Assembly (NCBI GenBank): GCA_965115855.1
Contig: OZ220470.1
Span: 1,743,385 to 1,807,384, forward strand
Direction of reading: 5' to 3'
Length of the DNA: 64,000 nucleotides
From: Vicinamibacteria bacterium
GTDB taxonomy: Bacteria > Acidobacteriota > Vicinamibacteria > Marinacidobacterales > Marinacidobacteraceae
This document shows positions 33,159 to 43,225 of this stretch, in pieces. Position numbers and translations under genes: made by a program. The notes beneath the pieces are model-generated. The model saw only the letters and a list, made by a program, of their open reading frames with translations. It had not been told where the DNA came from and ran no database searches. How positions within the stretch are numbered: position 1 is the stretch's first letter; the number at the start of each line of letters is the position of its first letter.

Positions 33159-33734
33159 TCAGTCCGCCGGTGGGGTTCCGGCAGCTTCCTCCGGCTCGAT
33201 CTGCCCGGATTCGACGGATTCGGTGACCGTTCCGGAATCGTCCGGAGCCCCGGGGACTTCCGGCTGGATTACGCCGAGGGACGAAACCCGGGCCGCCTCC
33301 ACCTCCACCGGAAGGGTCACCTCGACCTCGGCGTGGAGACGGACGCGCACGTCGGTGGGGCCGAGGGTCTTGATCGGCTTGCCCATGATGACCCGGTTGC
33401 GCGCGATGTCGAAACCGGCTTCCCGCAGCTCGCGGGCAATGTCCTGAACGGAGACCGAACCGTACAATTCGTCCGTTCCGGTCTTCACCCGCCGCTCGAA
33501 ACGAAGCGAGAGCCCGGAGACGGCTTCGCCAAGCGCCTTCGCGGCATCCCGGTCCCTGACTTTCTGGACCGCCCATTCCCGCCGGGCCTGATCGGCTTCG
33601 CGGCGGGCCCGTTCGGTGATGAAGGTGGCAAACCCGCGCGGCAGGAGGAAGTTGCGCGCGTACCCGGGCTTCACGTTGACCTCGTCGCCGGGTTCGCCAA
33701 GGGCTTCGACCGGCTTCTTCAGGAGCAGGCGCAC
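33159..33734 (-). CDS. rplI: 50S ribosomal protein L9 (with ~40-aa acidic/Pro-rich C-terminal extension)
   Basis: 191 aa; MRLLLKKPVEALGEPGDEVNVKPGYARNFLLPRGFA... Confidence 0.93.
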   Translation of the reverse strand: MRLLLKKPVEALGEPGDEVNVKPGYARNFLLPRGFATFITERARREADQARREWAVQKVRDRDAAKALGEAVSGLSLRFERRVKTGTDELYGSVSVQDIARELREAGFDIARNRVIMGKPIKTLGPTDVRVRLHAEVEVTLPVEVEAARVSSLGVIQPEVPGAPDDSGTVTESVESGQIEPEEAAGTPPAD

Positions 33735-33745
33735 GGCAACCGCTC

Positions 33746-33991
33746 CTAGGAATAGGGAAGCAGCGCCATCTGGCGCGCCCGCTTGATCGCGATGCGGATC
33801 TGACGCTGGATCCGGGCACTGGCTCGCGAAACCCGGCGCGAGGTGATCTTCCCCCGGTCGCCGACGAACTCCCGCAGGAAGTCCACGTCCTTCCAGTCCA
33901 CCCGTTCCACCCCGTTCAGGACCGGATTCACCCGGGTCCGCCGCGGGGCGGAACGCGACCGGCGTCGCGGAGTGCTCGTGCTCTCGCTCAT
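33746..33991 (-). CDS. rpsR: 30S ribosomal protein S18
   Basis: 81 aa; ...[50 protein letters not shown]. Confidence 0.95.
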   Translation of the reverse strand: MSESTSTPRRRSRSAPRRTRVNPVLNGVERVDWKDVDFLREFVGDRGKITSRRVSRASARIQRQIRIAIKRARQMALLPYS

Positions 33992-33997
33992 GGTTCC

Positions 33998-34465
33998 TCA
34001 GTCCTCCTCGGGATCTTCGGCTCGGACGACGGCAGGCGGCGGCTTGCTCCCGCTGTCTTCCCCTTCGTCGTCATCCTCCTCGTCCTGCCTTTCCTGCGCC
34101 GCCCGTGCGGCGGCGGCGACCCGGGCTGCCCGCTCCTCGCGACGCTTCCGGTCCGCCTCCTGGTCGCGCTCGCGGGTCGCTTCGTCGATCTTCAGGATCA
34201 GGAAGCGGAGCACGCCCTCGGCCAGTCGGACACGGCGCTCGATTTCGGAAATCGCCTCCGGCGCGGCATCGAAATAGCAAAGCATGTACAGCCCTTCGTG
34301 ATGGCCCTCGATGGGATACGCGAGACGCCGGCGCTCCCACGGCTTCAGGCTGACAACCACACCCTCCCGGGCCTGGATGATCTCCTCGACCCGCTCGACT
34401 ACCGCCAGCGATGCGGCGTCATCCAGCGTCGGGTCCAGGATGAACATGAATTCGTAGGCTCTCAT
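33998..34465 (-). CDS. rpsF: 30S ribosomal protein S6 (acidic C-terminal tail)
   Basis: 155 aa; MRAYEFMFILDPTLDDAA...; tail DEEDDDEGED. Confidence 0.95.
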   Translation of the reverse strand: MRAYEFMFILDPTLDDAASLAVVERVEEIIQAREGVVVSLKPWERRRLAYPIEGHHEGLYMLCYFDAAPEAISEIERRVRLAEGVLRFLILKIDEATRERDQEADRKRREERAARVAAAARAAQERQDEEDDDEGEDSGSKPPPAVVRAEDPEED

Positions 34466-34508
34466 TGCGGGCCGTCTCCTCGGCGGGGGGGAGAGGACGG
34501 TCCGGGGA

Positions 34509-35144
34509 TCACGCGGACGTCCGGTTGTACCGGTTCATGGAGGCATCGAGGCCTTCGCGGACCGCAGTCACGACGGCTGCCGCCGCACGGACCAGCAGGT
34601 CCCGGCGCATCTCCACTTCCCCCGGTTCGAAAGGGGCGAGAACATGGTCAGCGGCATCCCGGTCCGGAGGCGGGGAACCGACTCCGAGGCGCATCCGGGG
34701 AACCTCGGTGCTGCCGAGGGCGCGGAACACCGACGCGAGGCCATTGTGCCCTCCGTCGCTGCCGCGCCGCCGGATGCGGAGGGCGCCCAGCGGCAACGCG
34801 TAGTCGTCACACACCAGGAGCGCCGACCGGGGAGGCAGCCGGTTCCCGGCAAGGGCGCGGAGCACCGGGCCGCCGCTTCGGTTCATGTAGCCGGAAGGAC
34901 ACAGGAACAGGATCGACTGCCCTTCGATTTCGGCCTCGACCAGAGAGCCGCCGTCGAAGAAACGGCGTGTGACCGCGCGGTCCTCCAGCACCTTGGCAAC
35001 CGCATCGAAACCGATGTTGTGCCGGGTGCACTCGTAGCGCGATCCCGGATTCCCGAGTCCGACCACCAGCTTGATGGGCGGCGCCGCCGATGCGGCGCGT
35101 TCTGCCGCCTCCCGGTCCGAAAGGGGAACGCCCATGTCCGCCAC
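34509..35144 (-). CDS. pth: Peptidyl-tRNA hydrolase
   Basis: ...IKLVVGLGNPGSRYECTRHNIGF...GGHNGLASV... motifs; exact start uncertain (N-terminal ~20 aa may be over-extended). Confidence 0.88.
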   Translation of the reverse strand: MADMGVPLSDREAAERAASAAPPIKLVVGLGNPGSRYECTRHNIGFDAVAKVLEDRAVTRRFFDGGSLVEAEIEGQSILFLCPSGYMNRSGGPVLRALAGNRLPPRSALLVCDDYALPLGALRIRRRGSDGGHNGLASVFRALGSTEVPRMRLGVGSPPPDRDAADHVLAPFEPGEVEMRRDLLVRAAAAVVTAVREGLDASMNRYNRTSA

Positions 35145-35179
35145 CGCTGTCGGCTGTTCCGGCCGGATTCCGGGAACGT

Positions 35180-35821
35180 TCAGTTCTCCGTCTCCCCGGA
35201 TTCTCCGTCTTCCGCGTCTTCGGTGGCATCGACGGCGGACTCGTCCTCGACCACCACCTTGGGCGCCTTCACATGCAGGAGCACCAGATCCGGGGCGGAA
35301 GCCAACGCCACTCCGTCGGGCAGCGGGACCGCACCCGCCCGCACGGTATCCCCGTAGTCCAGTGACGAGATATCGAGCAGGAGCTCGGCGGGGATGTCGT
35401 GCGGCCGGCAGGTAACGTGGACCGAACGGGAGATGAAGTCCAGATGCCCGCCCCGCTTCACTCCGGGGGATTCGCCCTTGAGGCGCACCGGCACGCTCCA
35501 GTCGCTCGATCGATCGGGATCCACCCGCATCAGGTCCGCGTGGAGAACCGAGTGATCCAGCGGATGCAGCTGGTACTCGTGAATCATCACCTGCTCGGTG
35601 GCGTCCTCGCCTTCGATGGCGAGATCGAAGATCGTGTTCGCACCGCGTGGCGAGCGCACGATGTCGCGCACGCGCTTCGGGGAGAGGGCGAGCGGGCGGG
35701 CGCCAGAAGCGCCGCCGTACACCACCGCCGGAATCAAACCCTCTCGGCGAAGGCGCCGGCTCGCACCCTTCCCCACATCGGCCCGGGGCCGGGCCGGAAC
35801 GGTTTCGAATGCCATGAACAA
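35180..35821 (-). CDS. rplY: 50S ribosomal protein L25 / general stress protein Ctc
   Basis: 213 aa; ...KGASRRLRREGLIPAVVYGG...; acidic C-terminal tail. Confidence 0.9.
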   Translation of the reverse strand: MFMAFETVPARPRADVGKGASRRLRREGLIPAVVYGGASGARPLALSPKRVRDIVRSPRGANTIFDLAIEGEDATEQVMIHEYQLHPLDHSVLHADLMRVDPDRSSDWSVPVRLKGESPGVKRGGHLDFISRSVHVTCRPHDIPAELLLDISSLDYGDTVRAGAVPLPDGVALASAPDLVLLHVKAPKVVVEDESAVDATEDAEDGESGETEN

Positions 35822-35945
35822 ATGCCTCGGAGGGAGCGGCGCGGTAATCGGACCGACGGGCCGGGACTCCCGGAACTCATTTCCGGGCTCCGACCTTCGC
35901 GCCGCGAACCGGGCAGCTTATCAGAAGGGGGCGGCCGGCGGCCGG

Positions 35946-36890
35946 TCAGGAAACCGGTTCCGCCATGAAGAGCCGGCTGACCGAGGTCTGGCCGTGCACG
36001 CTTTCGATCGCGCGCGCCAGCAGGTCCGCCACCGAGAGAACCTCCAGCCGGGAACTCCGTCGACGCTCCGCGGTCGGGATCCGGATCGTGTCTCCGACGA
36101 TGAGCCTTTCCAGCTTGCTGTCCTCGAGGCGGCCCACGGCGTTGTCCGAGAGCACCCCGTGGGTGCACACCGCGATCACGCGGGCGGCGCCGGCGTCCGC
36201 CAGCGCGTCCACCGCGCGCAGCAGCGTCCCGCCGGAGTCCACGATGTCGTCCACCAGCACGGCCGACCGGTCCTCGACGTCTCCGACCACGTGCATGGTC
36301 TGGACCTCGCCTTCGGCCCCGCGCCGCTTGTCCATCACCGCAATGCCCACCCCGAGGTGTTTCGCAAAGGCGCGCGCCCGTTCCACGCCTCCGGCGTCGG
36401 GAGAGACGACGATCGGGCGCTCGAGCCGCAGCGCCTCGATGCGCTCCAGCATGACCGGGGCCGCATACAGGTGGTCCACCGGGATGTTGAAGTACCCCTG
36501 AATCTGACCGGCATGGAGATCGAGGGCGATCACCCGGTCCACTCCGGCGGTCGTGACCAGATCGGCCACCAGCTTCGCGGAGATCGGGACCCGGGGCCGG
36601 TCCTTGCGGTCCTGCCGGGCGTACCCGTAGTAGGGCATCACCGCGGTGATGCGCGCCGCCGAGGCGCGTTTCAGCGCATCGACGATGAGAAGGAGTTCCA
36701 TCAGGTTCTCCGCGACCGGCGGCTGGGTGGACTGGACCACGAAAACGTCGCCACCCCGCACGTTGTCGTGGATCTGGAGGCGCACCTCCCCGTCCCGGAA
36801 CCGCCCGAGAGCGATGTTGCCCGGCGTGATGCCGAGGCGCCGAACGATCTCCGAAGCGAGTTCCGGGTTCGAACTCCCCCCGAAGACCAT
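35946..36890 (-). CDS. prs: Ribose-phosphate pyrophosphokinase (PRPP synthetase)
   Basis: Start MVFGGSSNPELASEIVRRLGI inside ORF 35946..37178; ...PYYGYARQDRK... and ...VLVDDIVDSGGTL... motifs. Confidence 0.93.
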   Translation of the reverse strand: MVFGGSSNPELASEIVRRLGITPGNIALGRFRDGEVRLQIHDNVRGGDVFVVQSTQPPVAENLMELLLIVDALKRASAARITAVMPYYGYARQDRKDRPRVPISAKLVADLVTTAGVDRVIALDLHAGQIQGYFNIPVDHLYAAPVMLERIEALRLERPIVVSPDAGGVERARAFAKHLGVGIAVMDKRRGAEGEVQTMHVVGDVEDRSAVLVDDIVDSGGTLLRAVDALADAGAARVIAVCTHGVLSDNAVGRLEDSKLERLIVGDTIRIPTAERRRSSRLEVLSVADLLARAIESVHGQTSVSRLFMAEPVS

Positions 36891-36972
36891 GAGGGGCCCC
36901 TGGAACGAGTAACGGGGACTGCGGCGGGACCCGCTCACCGGCTCGACCCGTTTCCCCTTCGCCCCGGCGAGG

Positions 36973-37044
36973 CTGGGGCGGAAGGATTCGAACCCTCGTA
37001 AACCGGAACCAAAACCCGGCGCCTGACCGCTCGGCCACGCCCCA
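36973..37044 (-). tRNA. tRNA-Gln (anticodon TTG)
   Basis: Rev-comp TGGGGCGTGGCCGAGCGGTCAGGCGCCGGGTTTTGGTTCCGGTTTACGAGGGTTCGAATCCTTCCGCCCCAG; sits between ispE and prs. Confidence 0.9.
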
Positions 37045-37057
37045 TTTCCCGCATCCT

Positions 37058-37993
37058 TCAACGGAGTCCGATTCCCCGGAGAGCGGCCCGGTGCTCCTTG
37101 CGGGAAACCGTCCGCACCGGCCTTGCGTCCATCCCGTCCCTCCTCAGGACCTCCGCCCCGTGACAGGCTTCGTCCCATCCGGGGAATACCCCGAAAACGG
37201 CGGAGCCGCTGCCCGACATCGCCGAGGCGAGGGCCCCGGCGGAGCGAAGGGCGTTCCTGATCTGCGGTACTGCATGGGGATTCGGAGACCGGACGAGCGC
37301 CTCCGAGTGTTCCAGGTCATTGACGAAGCGCACCGGGCCGACACCGGAGAGCTTCACGACCTCCCGGGAGGAGTCCGCGCCCGAGCCGCGGATCGTAACA
37401 GCAGGAACGGCCAGGCCACGATAGGCATCCGGGGTGGAGACCGCGAAGTCGGGGAGCACCAGCACCAGGGCGAGATCCGGTTCGGAGACCAGGGGGTAGA
37501 GCACTTCACCCCTTCCCGCCGCGAGCACCAGTCCGCCCTCGAGAAACCAGGGCACATCCATGCCGATCCGCGCAGCGAGGGCCGCAAGCGTCGATGGGCG
37601 GCAGCCGATCCCCCACATGCGGTTCAGGGCGACGAGCGCGCCGGCGGCGTCCGCACTCCCGCCGCCGAGTCCGCGCCCCGGGGGAATGCGCTTGGAAAGG
37701 CGGATGCGCACGGGCGGCAACGGGCGCCGCGGCGCAATCCCGGCGAGGAGCCCGACCGCCTTCAGGACCAGGTTCCGCCCGTCGGTCGGAATCGCAGGGT
37801 CGTCACAGTCCAGCCGGTTCCGGTCGTCGCCCGCCGGCTCGAAGCCAAGGGTATCCCAGAGGTCGACCCCGATCAGCAGGGTGCGGATCCGGTGGTAGCC
37901 GTCCGGCCGCCGCCCCAGTACCCGGAGACCGAGGTTCACCTTGGCCGGCACCCGGATCTCCAGCCGGGAGGAATTCAGGGAACGATCCTCCAC
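37058..37993 (-). CDS. ispE: 4-diphosphocytidyl-2-C-methyl-D-erythritol kinase
   Basis: GTG start at 37993 in ORF 37058..38236; GHMP kinase motif ...IPPGRGLGGGSADAAGALVALN...; N-terminal VPAKVNLGLRVLGRRPDGYH. Confidence 0.85.
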   Translation of the reverse strand: MEDRSLNSSRLEIRVPAKVNLGLRVLGRRPDGYHRIRTLLIGVDLWDTLGFEPAGDDRNRLDCDDPAIPTDGRNLVLKAVGLLAGIAPRRPLPPVRIRLSKRIPPGRGLGGGSADAAGALVALNRMWGIGCRPSTLAALAARIGMDVPWFLEGGLVLAAGRGEVLYPLVSEPDLALVLVLPDFAVSTPDAYRGLAVPAVTIRGSGADSSREVVKLSGVGPVRFVNDLEHSEALVRSPNPHAVPQIRNALRSAGALASAMSGSGSAVFGVFPGWDEACHGAEVLRRDGMDARPVRTVSRKEHRAALRGIGLR

Positions 37994-38001
37994 TACCGGA
38001 T

Positions 38002-38784
38002 TCAGGGCTCCGCCCCTCCAAGGTCCCCGGGCTGCACCCGGCGGAAATCCGCGGGGATCCCGAGGACAAAGGAATCCGGATGGAGCTCGGCGTTCACCCT
38101 GATCTCCACAACCGCAAGGGAGGCGGTGATCCGGGGCGAACGCACTTCGAATTCCCGCGGGGGCCAGGCGCCGCGACGCGCATACCGGATTTCGTATCCC
38201 GGCGCCACCGCCCTCGCCACCCGCCCCCGATCCCACAGGACCCGACTGCCGTCACCAAGGAGGACAAGGCCGTCGGAACCGCGCCAGCGGAAACGGTCGT
38301 CAGCCCGCAGCGGCGCCCCGGTCCCCGAGAGCATGGCGGCCACCTCCCGCACGCTCACCGCCACCCCGAGCAGCGAACCGGTGAAGGCGTCCAACCGGGC
38401 GCCCTCGGCGAAGGCGCGGCGCGAGGGAACCACCGCGGTGACCCGCCCCGGTACGGCCACCAGCACCCATCGGGGGCCCCTCACCCACCCGAGCGCCTCC
38501 ATCCGCAGCCGCTCGACCGCGGACGGGTCCGGACTCCCGGCGGGCCGCTGGAAGACAATCAGCAGCTCGGCGGAAAAACGCCCCCGCGGCCCCTCTCCCC
38601 GCACCTCGATGATGGACTGGTAGCGGCGCACGCGCCCCGCCTCGGCAGCGCTCGACTCCAGAAGCGCCGCCGCTGCCTGCCGGTCGGCGGGCGGCAACGG
38701 AGGGGGTACCGACCGGGCGCAGCCAGCAAGGGGCGCCAGGAGGATCAGCAGTGCCGCCGGCTGGATGGGCGATCGCCGCTTCAC
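38002..38784 (-). CDS. Outer-membrane lipoprotein, LolB-like
   Basis: Signal peptide + lipobox LAPLAGC; size and position (upstream of ispE, as lolB-ispE-prs in proteobacteria); family assignment by synteny only. Confidence 0.55.
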   Translation of the reverse strand: MKRRSPIQPAALLILLAPLAGCARSVPPPLPPADRQAAAALLESSAAEAGRVRRYQSIIEVRGEGPRGRFSAELLIVFQRPAGSPDPSAVERLRMEALGWVRGPRWVLVAVPGRVTAVVPSRRAFAEGARLDAFTGSLLGVAVSVREVAAMLSGTGAPLRADDRFRWRGSDGLVLLGDGSRVLWDRGRVARAVAPGYEIRYARRGAWPPREFEVRSPRITASLAVVEIRVNAELHPDSFVLGIPADFRRVQPGDLGGAEP

Positions 38785-40736
38785 TCCGGTTTCGGGTCCG
38801 CTTCCCGGATCTTCTTCGCGACCGCCTCCCCGTCCAGTTCCCCATCGTCATCATGTTCGAGAGCCTGCCGCCAGTACCGGATCGCAGCCCGGGCATCGCC
38901 GCGAGCCTGATGCAGGTCGCCGAGGTGATCCAGCACCACGCTGTTGCGCGGCATGCAGCGGACCGCCTGGAGCAGGTTGGGTTCGGCCCGCTCGATCTCT
39001 CCCCGCTGGACTTGCACCCATCCCAGGCTGTCCAGGTACGAGCCGTTGTGCGGATCGGATTCCAGCGCCCGGCGAATCAGCGCCTCGGATTCCTCGAGAC
39101 GGTCCGGAAACCCGGTCAGCATGTAGCCGAGGTAGTTCAGCGCCAGCGCGTGATCCGGAACCGCATCCAGCACGAACCGGAATTCGGTCTCCGCCTCGGC
39201 AAACCGCGCCTGCCGCTCGAGGATGGCGCCGAGCTGGAAGCGGAAGGCGACGTTCCCCGGATCACCCGCCAGCCATTCCCGCGCAAGGGCCTCCGCCGCC
39301 GGGAAGTCCCGCACGGAAACCAGGTGCCGCACGAACGCATGGACCAGCCCCGGTTCGTCCGGGTGCTCTTCCCGCAAATCCTCGAAGAGCCGCTGCGCCG
39401 CCTCCTCGTCCCCGAGACCGGATTTCACCCGCGCTTCGAGCGCGGCGACGGCCAGGTCGTCCGGGCGCCGCGCCACCAGCGGAGCGAGGGCCCGCGCCGC
39501 CTCCTCCGGCTCGCCGGCGAGCAACCAGCCGTCGACGACAAGCATCCGGAAGCGACGGACATCGGGACGACCGGCAGCGAGTTCCACCGCCTGCAGCAAC
39601 GATTCCACGGCCTTGCGATGCTCCCCGAGCTCCTGTTCGGCGTGGGCGCGCCGGACCAGAAAGTCCGGACGGCGGGTGGGGCCGTATGCACCGTCCGGGA
39701 GATGCAGCAGCGCATCGATCTCGCGGACCACGCGCCCGTACTCGCATCGCTCCAGGTAGATCCCGGCGAGGGCGAAACGCGCCGGTGCCGAAGCGCGGTC
39801 CTGGTCCCGCAGTCGAATCAGGGCTTTCTCGGCGTCTTCGAGCCGGGCCTGGGACTGACGCACCAGCGACAGGCCCCAAAGCGCTGCCGCGTTGTCCGGG
39901 GCGATTGCGAGCACCCGTTCGAAGGCCTTCCCGGCCTCCCCGGTCCGACCAAGCTGCGCCAGGGCGTCGGCGTGCGCGATCCCGATTCCGGAATCTTCGG
40001 GAAAATCGGACGCCGCCTGGCCGTAGAGATCCACGAGCACACCGAGCGCTTCCCTTCGGTCGAGTTCCGAATCGTCGGATTGCAGGATCTCGTCCACCAG
40101 CTCACGCGCCTCCGGCTGGCGGGGTTCGATCCGGAGCGCCTGCACCAGATCCTCGAAGGCCCGGGCGGGGTCACCGTCCCGAAGCCGCAGTTCCGCCAGC
40201 AGGACGAACTCGCCATAAGCCTGCGGCGCCCGGCGCACCAGTTCCCGCAGATGATGCTCCGCTTCCTCCGGACGCTGGACCATGGTCAGCGTTCGCGCCA
40301 GCCGGGAACGGCTGCGCATGTCGTCGGGATCCACCCGAAGCGCCTCCGAGAAGGCCTCGATGGCGCGTTCGGCAGCCGCCGGCGCCTGACCGGAGCTGAA
40401 TTCCATCAGATGCAGCTCCCCGAGCAGGCGATGGGCCGGCGCCGCGTCGGGGTCGCGGCGAACGGCCCGGCGCGCCGCCTCCGCGGCCCCCGCCAGATCC
40501 TCGGTCCGGGCCCGCACCCGGGCGAGGGCAATGAGCGGACCGGCGCTTTCGGCATCCAGCTCGGCAGCCCGCTCGTAGGCGCGCGCGGCGCCTTGAAAGT
40601 CGTTCGCCTCTTCGGCCATGCGGCCCTCGCCGAAGAGAAGATAGGCGGCGGCGACCGGATCCACCTCGGCCGCCGGCGGCGGAACCTGCGGGGGGGCCGC
40701 AAGCCCGGAAAACAGCAGCAGCAAACCCGGCATCAC
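38781..40736 (-). CDS. Tetratricopeptide-repeat (TPR) protein with N-terminal signal peptide
   Basis: 651 aa; repeated ~34-aa A/L/R-rich helical units (e.g. ...ARAYERAAELDAESAGP..., ...YWRQALEHDDD...). Confidence 0.75.
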   Translation of the reverse strand: MMPGLLLLFSGLAAPPQVPPPAAEVDPVAAAYLLFGEGRMAEEANDFQGAARAYERAAELDAESAGPLIALARVRARTEDLAGAAEAARRAVRRDPDAAPAHRLLGELHLMEFSSGQAPAAAERAIEAFSEALRVDPDDMRSRSRLARTLTMVQRPEEAEHHLRELVRRAPQAYGEFVLLAELRLRDGDPARAFEDLVQALRIEPRQPEARELVDEILQSDDSELDRREALGVLVDLYGQAASDFPEDSGIGIAHADALAQLGRTGEAGKAFERVLAIAPDNAAALWGLSLVRQSQARLEDAEKALIRLRDQDRASAPARFALAGIYLERCEYGRVVREIDALLHLPDGAYGPTRRPDFLVRRAHAEQELGEHRKAVESLLQAVELAAGRPDVRRFRMLVVDGWLLAGEPEEAARALAPLVARRPDDLAVAALEARVKSGLGDEEAAQRLFEDLREEHPDEPGLVHAFVRHLVSVRDFPAAEALAREWLAGDPGNVAFRFQLGAILERQARFAEAETEFRFVLDAVPDHALALNYLGYMLTGFPDRLEESEALIRRALESDPHNGSYLDSLGWVQVQRGEIERAEPNLLQAVRCMPRNSVVLDHLGDLHQARGDARAAIRYWRQALEHDDDGELDGEAVAKKIREADPKPE

Positions 40737-40757
40737 CGGTGAATTATAGGAAACGCC

Positions 40758-42344
40758 TCAATGCCGGAAGTGCCGCACTCCCGTGAACACCATCGCCATC
40801 TCCTGCTCGTCGGCAGCGGCAATCACCTCCGCGTCCCGCACCGATCCCCCGGGCTGGATCACCGCGGCGACCCCGGCGGCCCGGAGCGCGTCCAGGCCGT
40901 CGCGAAACGGGAAGAAGGCATCGGAGGCGGCGACGCTTCCGTCGATCGGGGACCGGGCCTTTTCAACCGCGAGCCGGCAGGAGTCGAGACGGCTCATCTG
41001 CCCGGCGCCTACCCCGAGGAGCCTGGTTTCCCGTGCGATCACGATCGCGTTGGAACGGACATGTCGCGCCACCCTCCATGCGAACTGGAACCCGGCCTGC
41101 TCGGCAGCGGTCGGCGCCCGCCGGGTCACCACCCGGAACGCCGCGTCATCCGCACCCGTCCCGTCCCAATCCTGAACCAGGACCCCACCGGCCACCCGGG
41201 CAAAGTGGGGCCCCTCCGGACGAAAGCCGTCGAGGGCGCCGACCTCGACGAGGCGCAGTTTCCTCTTCCGCCTCAGTCGGGCCAGCGCATCCGGCTCGAA
41301 GCCGGGAGCCACGATCGCCTCGAGAAAGGTCTTCGCCAGTTCGGCGGCGGTGGCCGCGTCCACCGGTCGGGAGAGGCCGACGATGCCGCCGAACGCCGAA
41401 ACCGGATCGGTGGCGCGGGCGGCGGCACAGGCGGCGGCAAGCGTCGCGCCGACCGCCGCGCCGGCCGGATTCAGGTGCTTGATGATTACGGCGGCGGGGC
41501 CGAGCGGGGCAAGGTCGGCCACGGCCCGGAGCGCCGCATCCAGATCAAGGATGTTGTTATACGAGAGCTCGCGCCCACCGAGTTGCCGTCCGAACGGAAT
41601 TCCGCAGCCGCCGGATCCCGGATCCCGATAGAGCGCCGCCGACTGGTGCGGGTTTTCGCCATACCGGAGCGAGGACACCCGATCGAAGACGGGGCGGAAC
41701 CGGCGCGGAGAATTGTCTCCGGCGTCGTCCGCCAGCCAATCGGCGATCCGGCTCTCGTAAGCAGCTGTTGCCTGAAACGCCCTGGCCGCCAGCTGCCGTC
41801 GCACCGGGACGGCGGCCGCTCCGGCGTCCAGCGCCTCGAGCACCGCGGGATAGTCGGCCGGATCCACCGCGATCAGCACATCGGGCCAGTTCTTGGCCGC
41901 CGCCCGCACCAGGCACGGGCCACCGATGTCGATGTTCTCGCGGATGACTTCATCGCCAGCGTCGCCAGCGAGCGTCTCCTCGAACGGATAGAAGTTCACC
42001 GCAACCACATCCACCGGAAGAATGCCCTGCTCGCGGAGCGTGGCAAGGTCGTCCGGATGGGCGCGCCGGGCAAGGATCCCGCCGTGGATAACCGGGTGGA
42101 GCGTCTTCACCCGGCCGCCCAGGATCTCGGGCTGGCCGGTAATTTCGGAAACGGCGCGGAACGGAAGACCCTCCTTGCCAAGGAAACGGGCGGTGCCGCC
42201 GCTCGCGGCAAGCTCGAAGCCGCGGTCGAGGAGACCCCGGGCAAATTCGGCGAGCCCTTCCTTGCGGGTGACGCTCAAAACGGCCCGGCGAGCGGAAGCG
42301 CAAGGACGGGAACCGGTCACGGGGTGGGGGATGCTAACCGCCAT
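40758..42344 (-). CDS. purH: Bifunctional AICAR formyltransferase / IMP cyclohydrolase
   Basis: Start MAVSIPHPV... in ORF 40758..42398 (start approximate); ...RRAVLSVTRKEGLAEFA... MGS-like N-domain, AICARFT C-domain ...YGENPHQSAALY... Confidence 0.93.
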   Translation of the reverse strand: MAVSIPHPVTGSRPCASARRAVLSVTRKEGLAEFARGLLDRGFELAASGGTARFLGKEGLPFRAVSEITGQPEILGGRVKTLHPVIHGGILARRAHPDDLATLREQGILPVDVVAVNFYPFEETLAGDAGDEVIRENIDIGGPCLVRAAAKNWPDVLIAVDPADYPAVLEALDAGAAAVPVRRQLAARAFQATAAYESRIADWLADDAGDNSPRRFRPVFDRVSSLRYGENPHQSAALYRDPGSGGCGIPFGRQLGGRELSYNNILDLDAALRAVADLAPLGPAAVIIKHLNPAGAAVGATLAAACAAARATDPVSAFGGIVGLSRPVDAATAAELAKTFLEAIVAPGFEPDALARLRRKRKLRLVEVGALDGFRPEGPHFARVAGGVLVQDWDGTGADDAAFRVVTRRAPTAAEQAGFQFAWRVARHVRSNAIVIARETRLLGVGAGQMSRLDSCRLAVEKARSPIDGSVAASDAFFPFRDGLDALRAAGVAAVIQPGGSVRDAEVIAAADEQEMAMVFTGVRHFRH

Positions 42345-42901
42345 CAGTCCCGATTCCCGGGACGGGGAGGCGGGGCGGGACCGCCCCCCTTGCCGCAAGA
42401 GAAGGCCCCGGGACCCTTGATCCGACCAAAAGGAGTCAGATCAACAGAGGCTCCGTTCTTCTACCTGGTGGCAACCGTGCACTTGGCGAAGTTGACGATT
42501 CTCCGCGCCTTGCCGTTCATGGGGTCCGGTGGATGGGACGTCATCAGACCCCGGGCATCCCGTTCGCAACCGATACACGGTACGCGCCGTCTCGCAACCG
42601 AACATCAGGTCCGCAAAGTGGAGTCGCAGTCCCTCTCCCGTTCGGCATTCCGGATCTCGTCATCCGGGTCATTGTCGTGGTTCATGCCCTGGTCGGCGTC
42701 ATCCGGCGAGGGGTAGTAGTCCGCGTTTCCACCGGAGAACCCGACGGTCCACCCCCGATCCTGACCCGGAGGTGCGGAGGGATCCCGCGGGACGCGCCGC
42801 TTCTCGTCGGAAACGCACTCGCGAACGGGCCGGAAGAGAGCAGGCTGTCCCGGGTGCTCGGCGACCAGCGGTGCTGCCGGTTCCGGTCTTCGTGATGGCT
42901 G

Positions 42902-43201
42902 GTGGCGCTCTTCGTCATCGTTCTCACCGAACTGGCGTCCGATCCGGCCTCCACCGCGATGATCCTCCCGATCCTCGCGGCGGTGGCCGCGGAAACCGGT
43001 ATCCCCCCGCTTCTGCTGCTGGTCCCGGCCACGGTGACGGCGTCGTGCGCGTTTATGCTCCCGGCGGCAACGCCACCCAACGCCATCGTCTTCGGGACCG
43101 GCCTCACCATCCCGCAACCGATCCGCGCCGGCGTGGGGGCCAACCTGATCGGCGCCGCGCTCGCTACCGTGTTCCGGGTCCCGCTGGTGTTCGGAGGCTG
43201 A
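42902..43201 (+). pseudogene. C-terminal ~100-aa remnant of a DASS/ArsB-superfamily anion transporter (truncated; no upstream partner)
   Basis: ...TAMILPILAAVAAETGIPPLLLLVPATVTASCAFMLPAATPPNAIVFGTGLTIPQPIRAGVGANLIGA... matches the last two TM helices of SLC13/DASS permeases; upstream 500 bp carries no matching N-terminal coding in any frame. Confidence 0.45.
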
Positions 43202-43225
43202 CCCGCGACTCCTGACAAGAAACGA

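Noticed and set aside
30048-33749. 1233-aa plus-strand ORF opposite radA/dnaB/rplI
   Set aside because: Antisense to three strongly supported genes. Arg/Pro-rich with no motifs.
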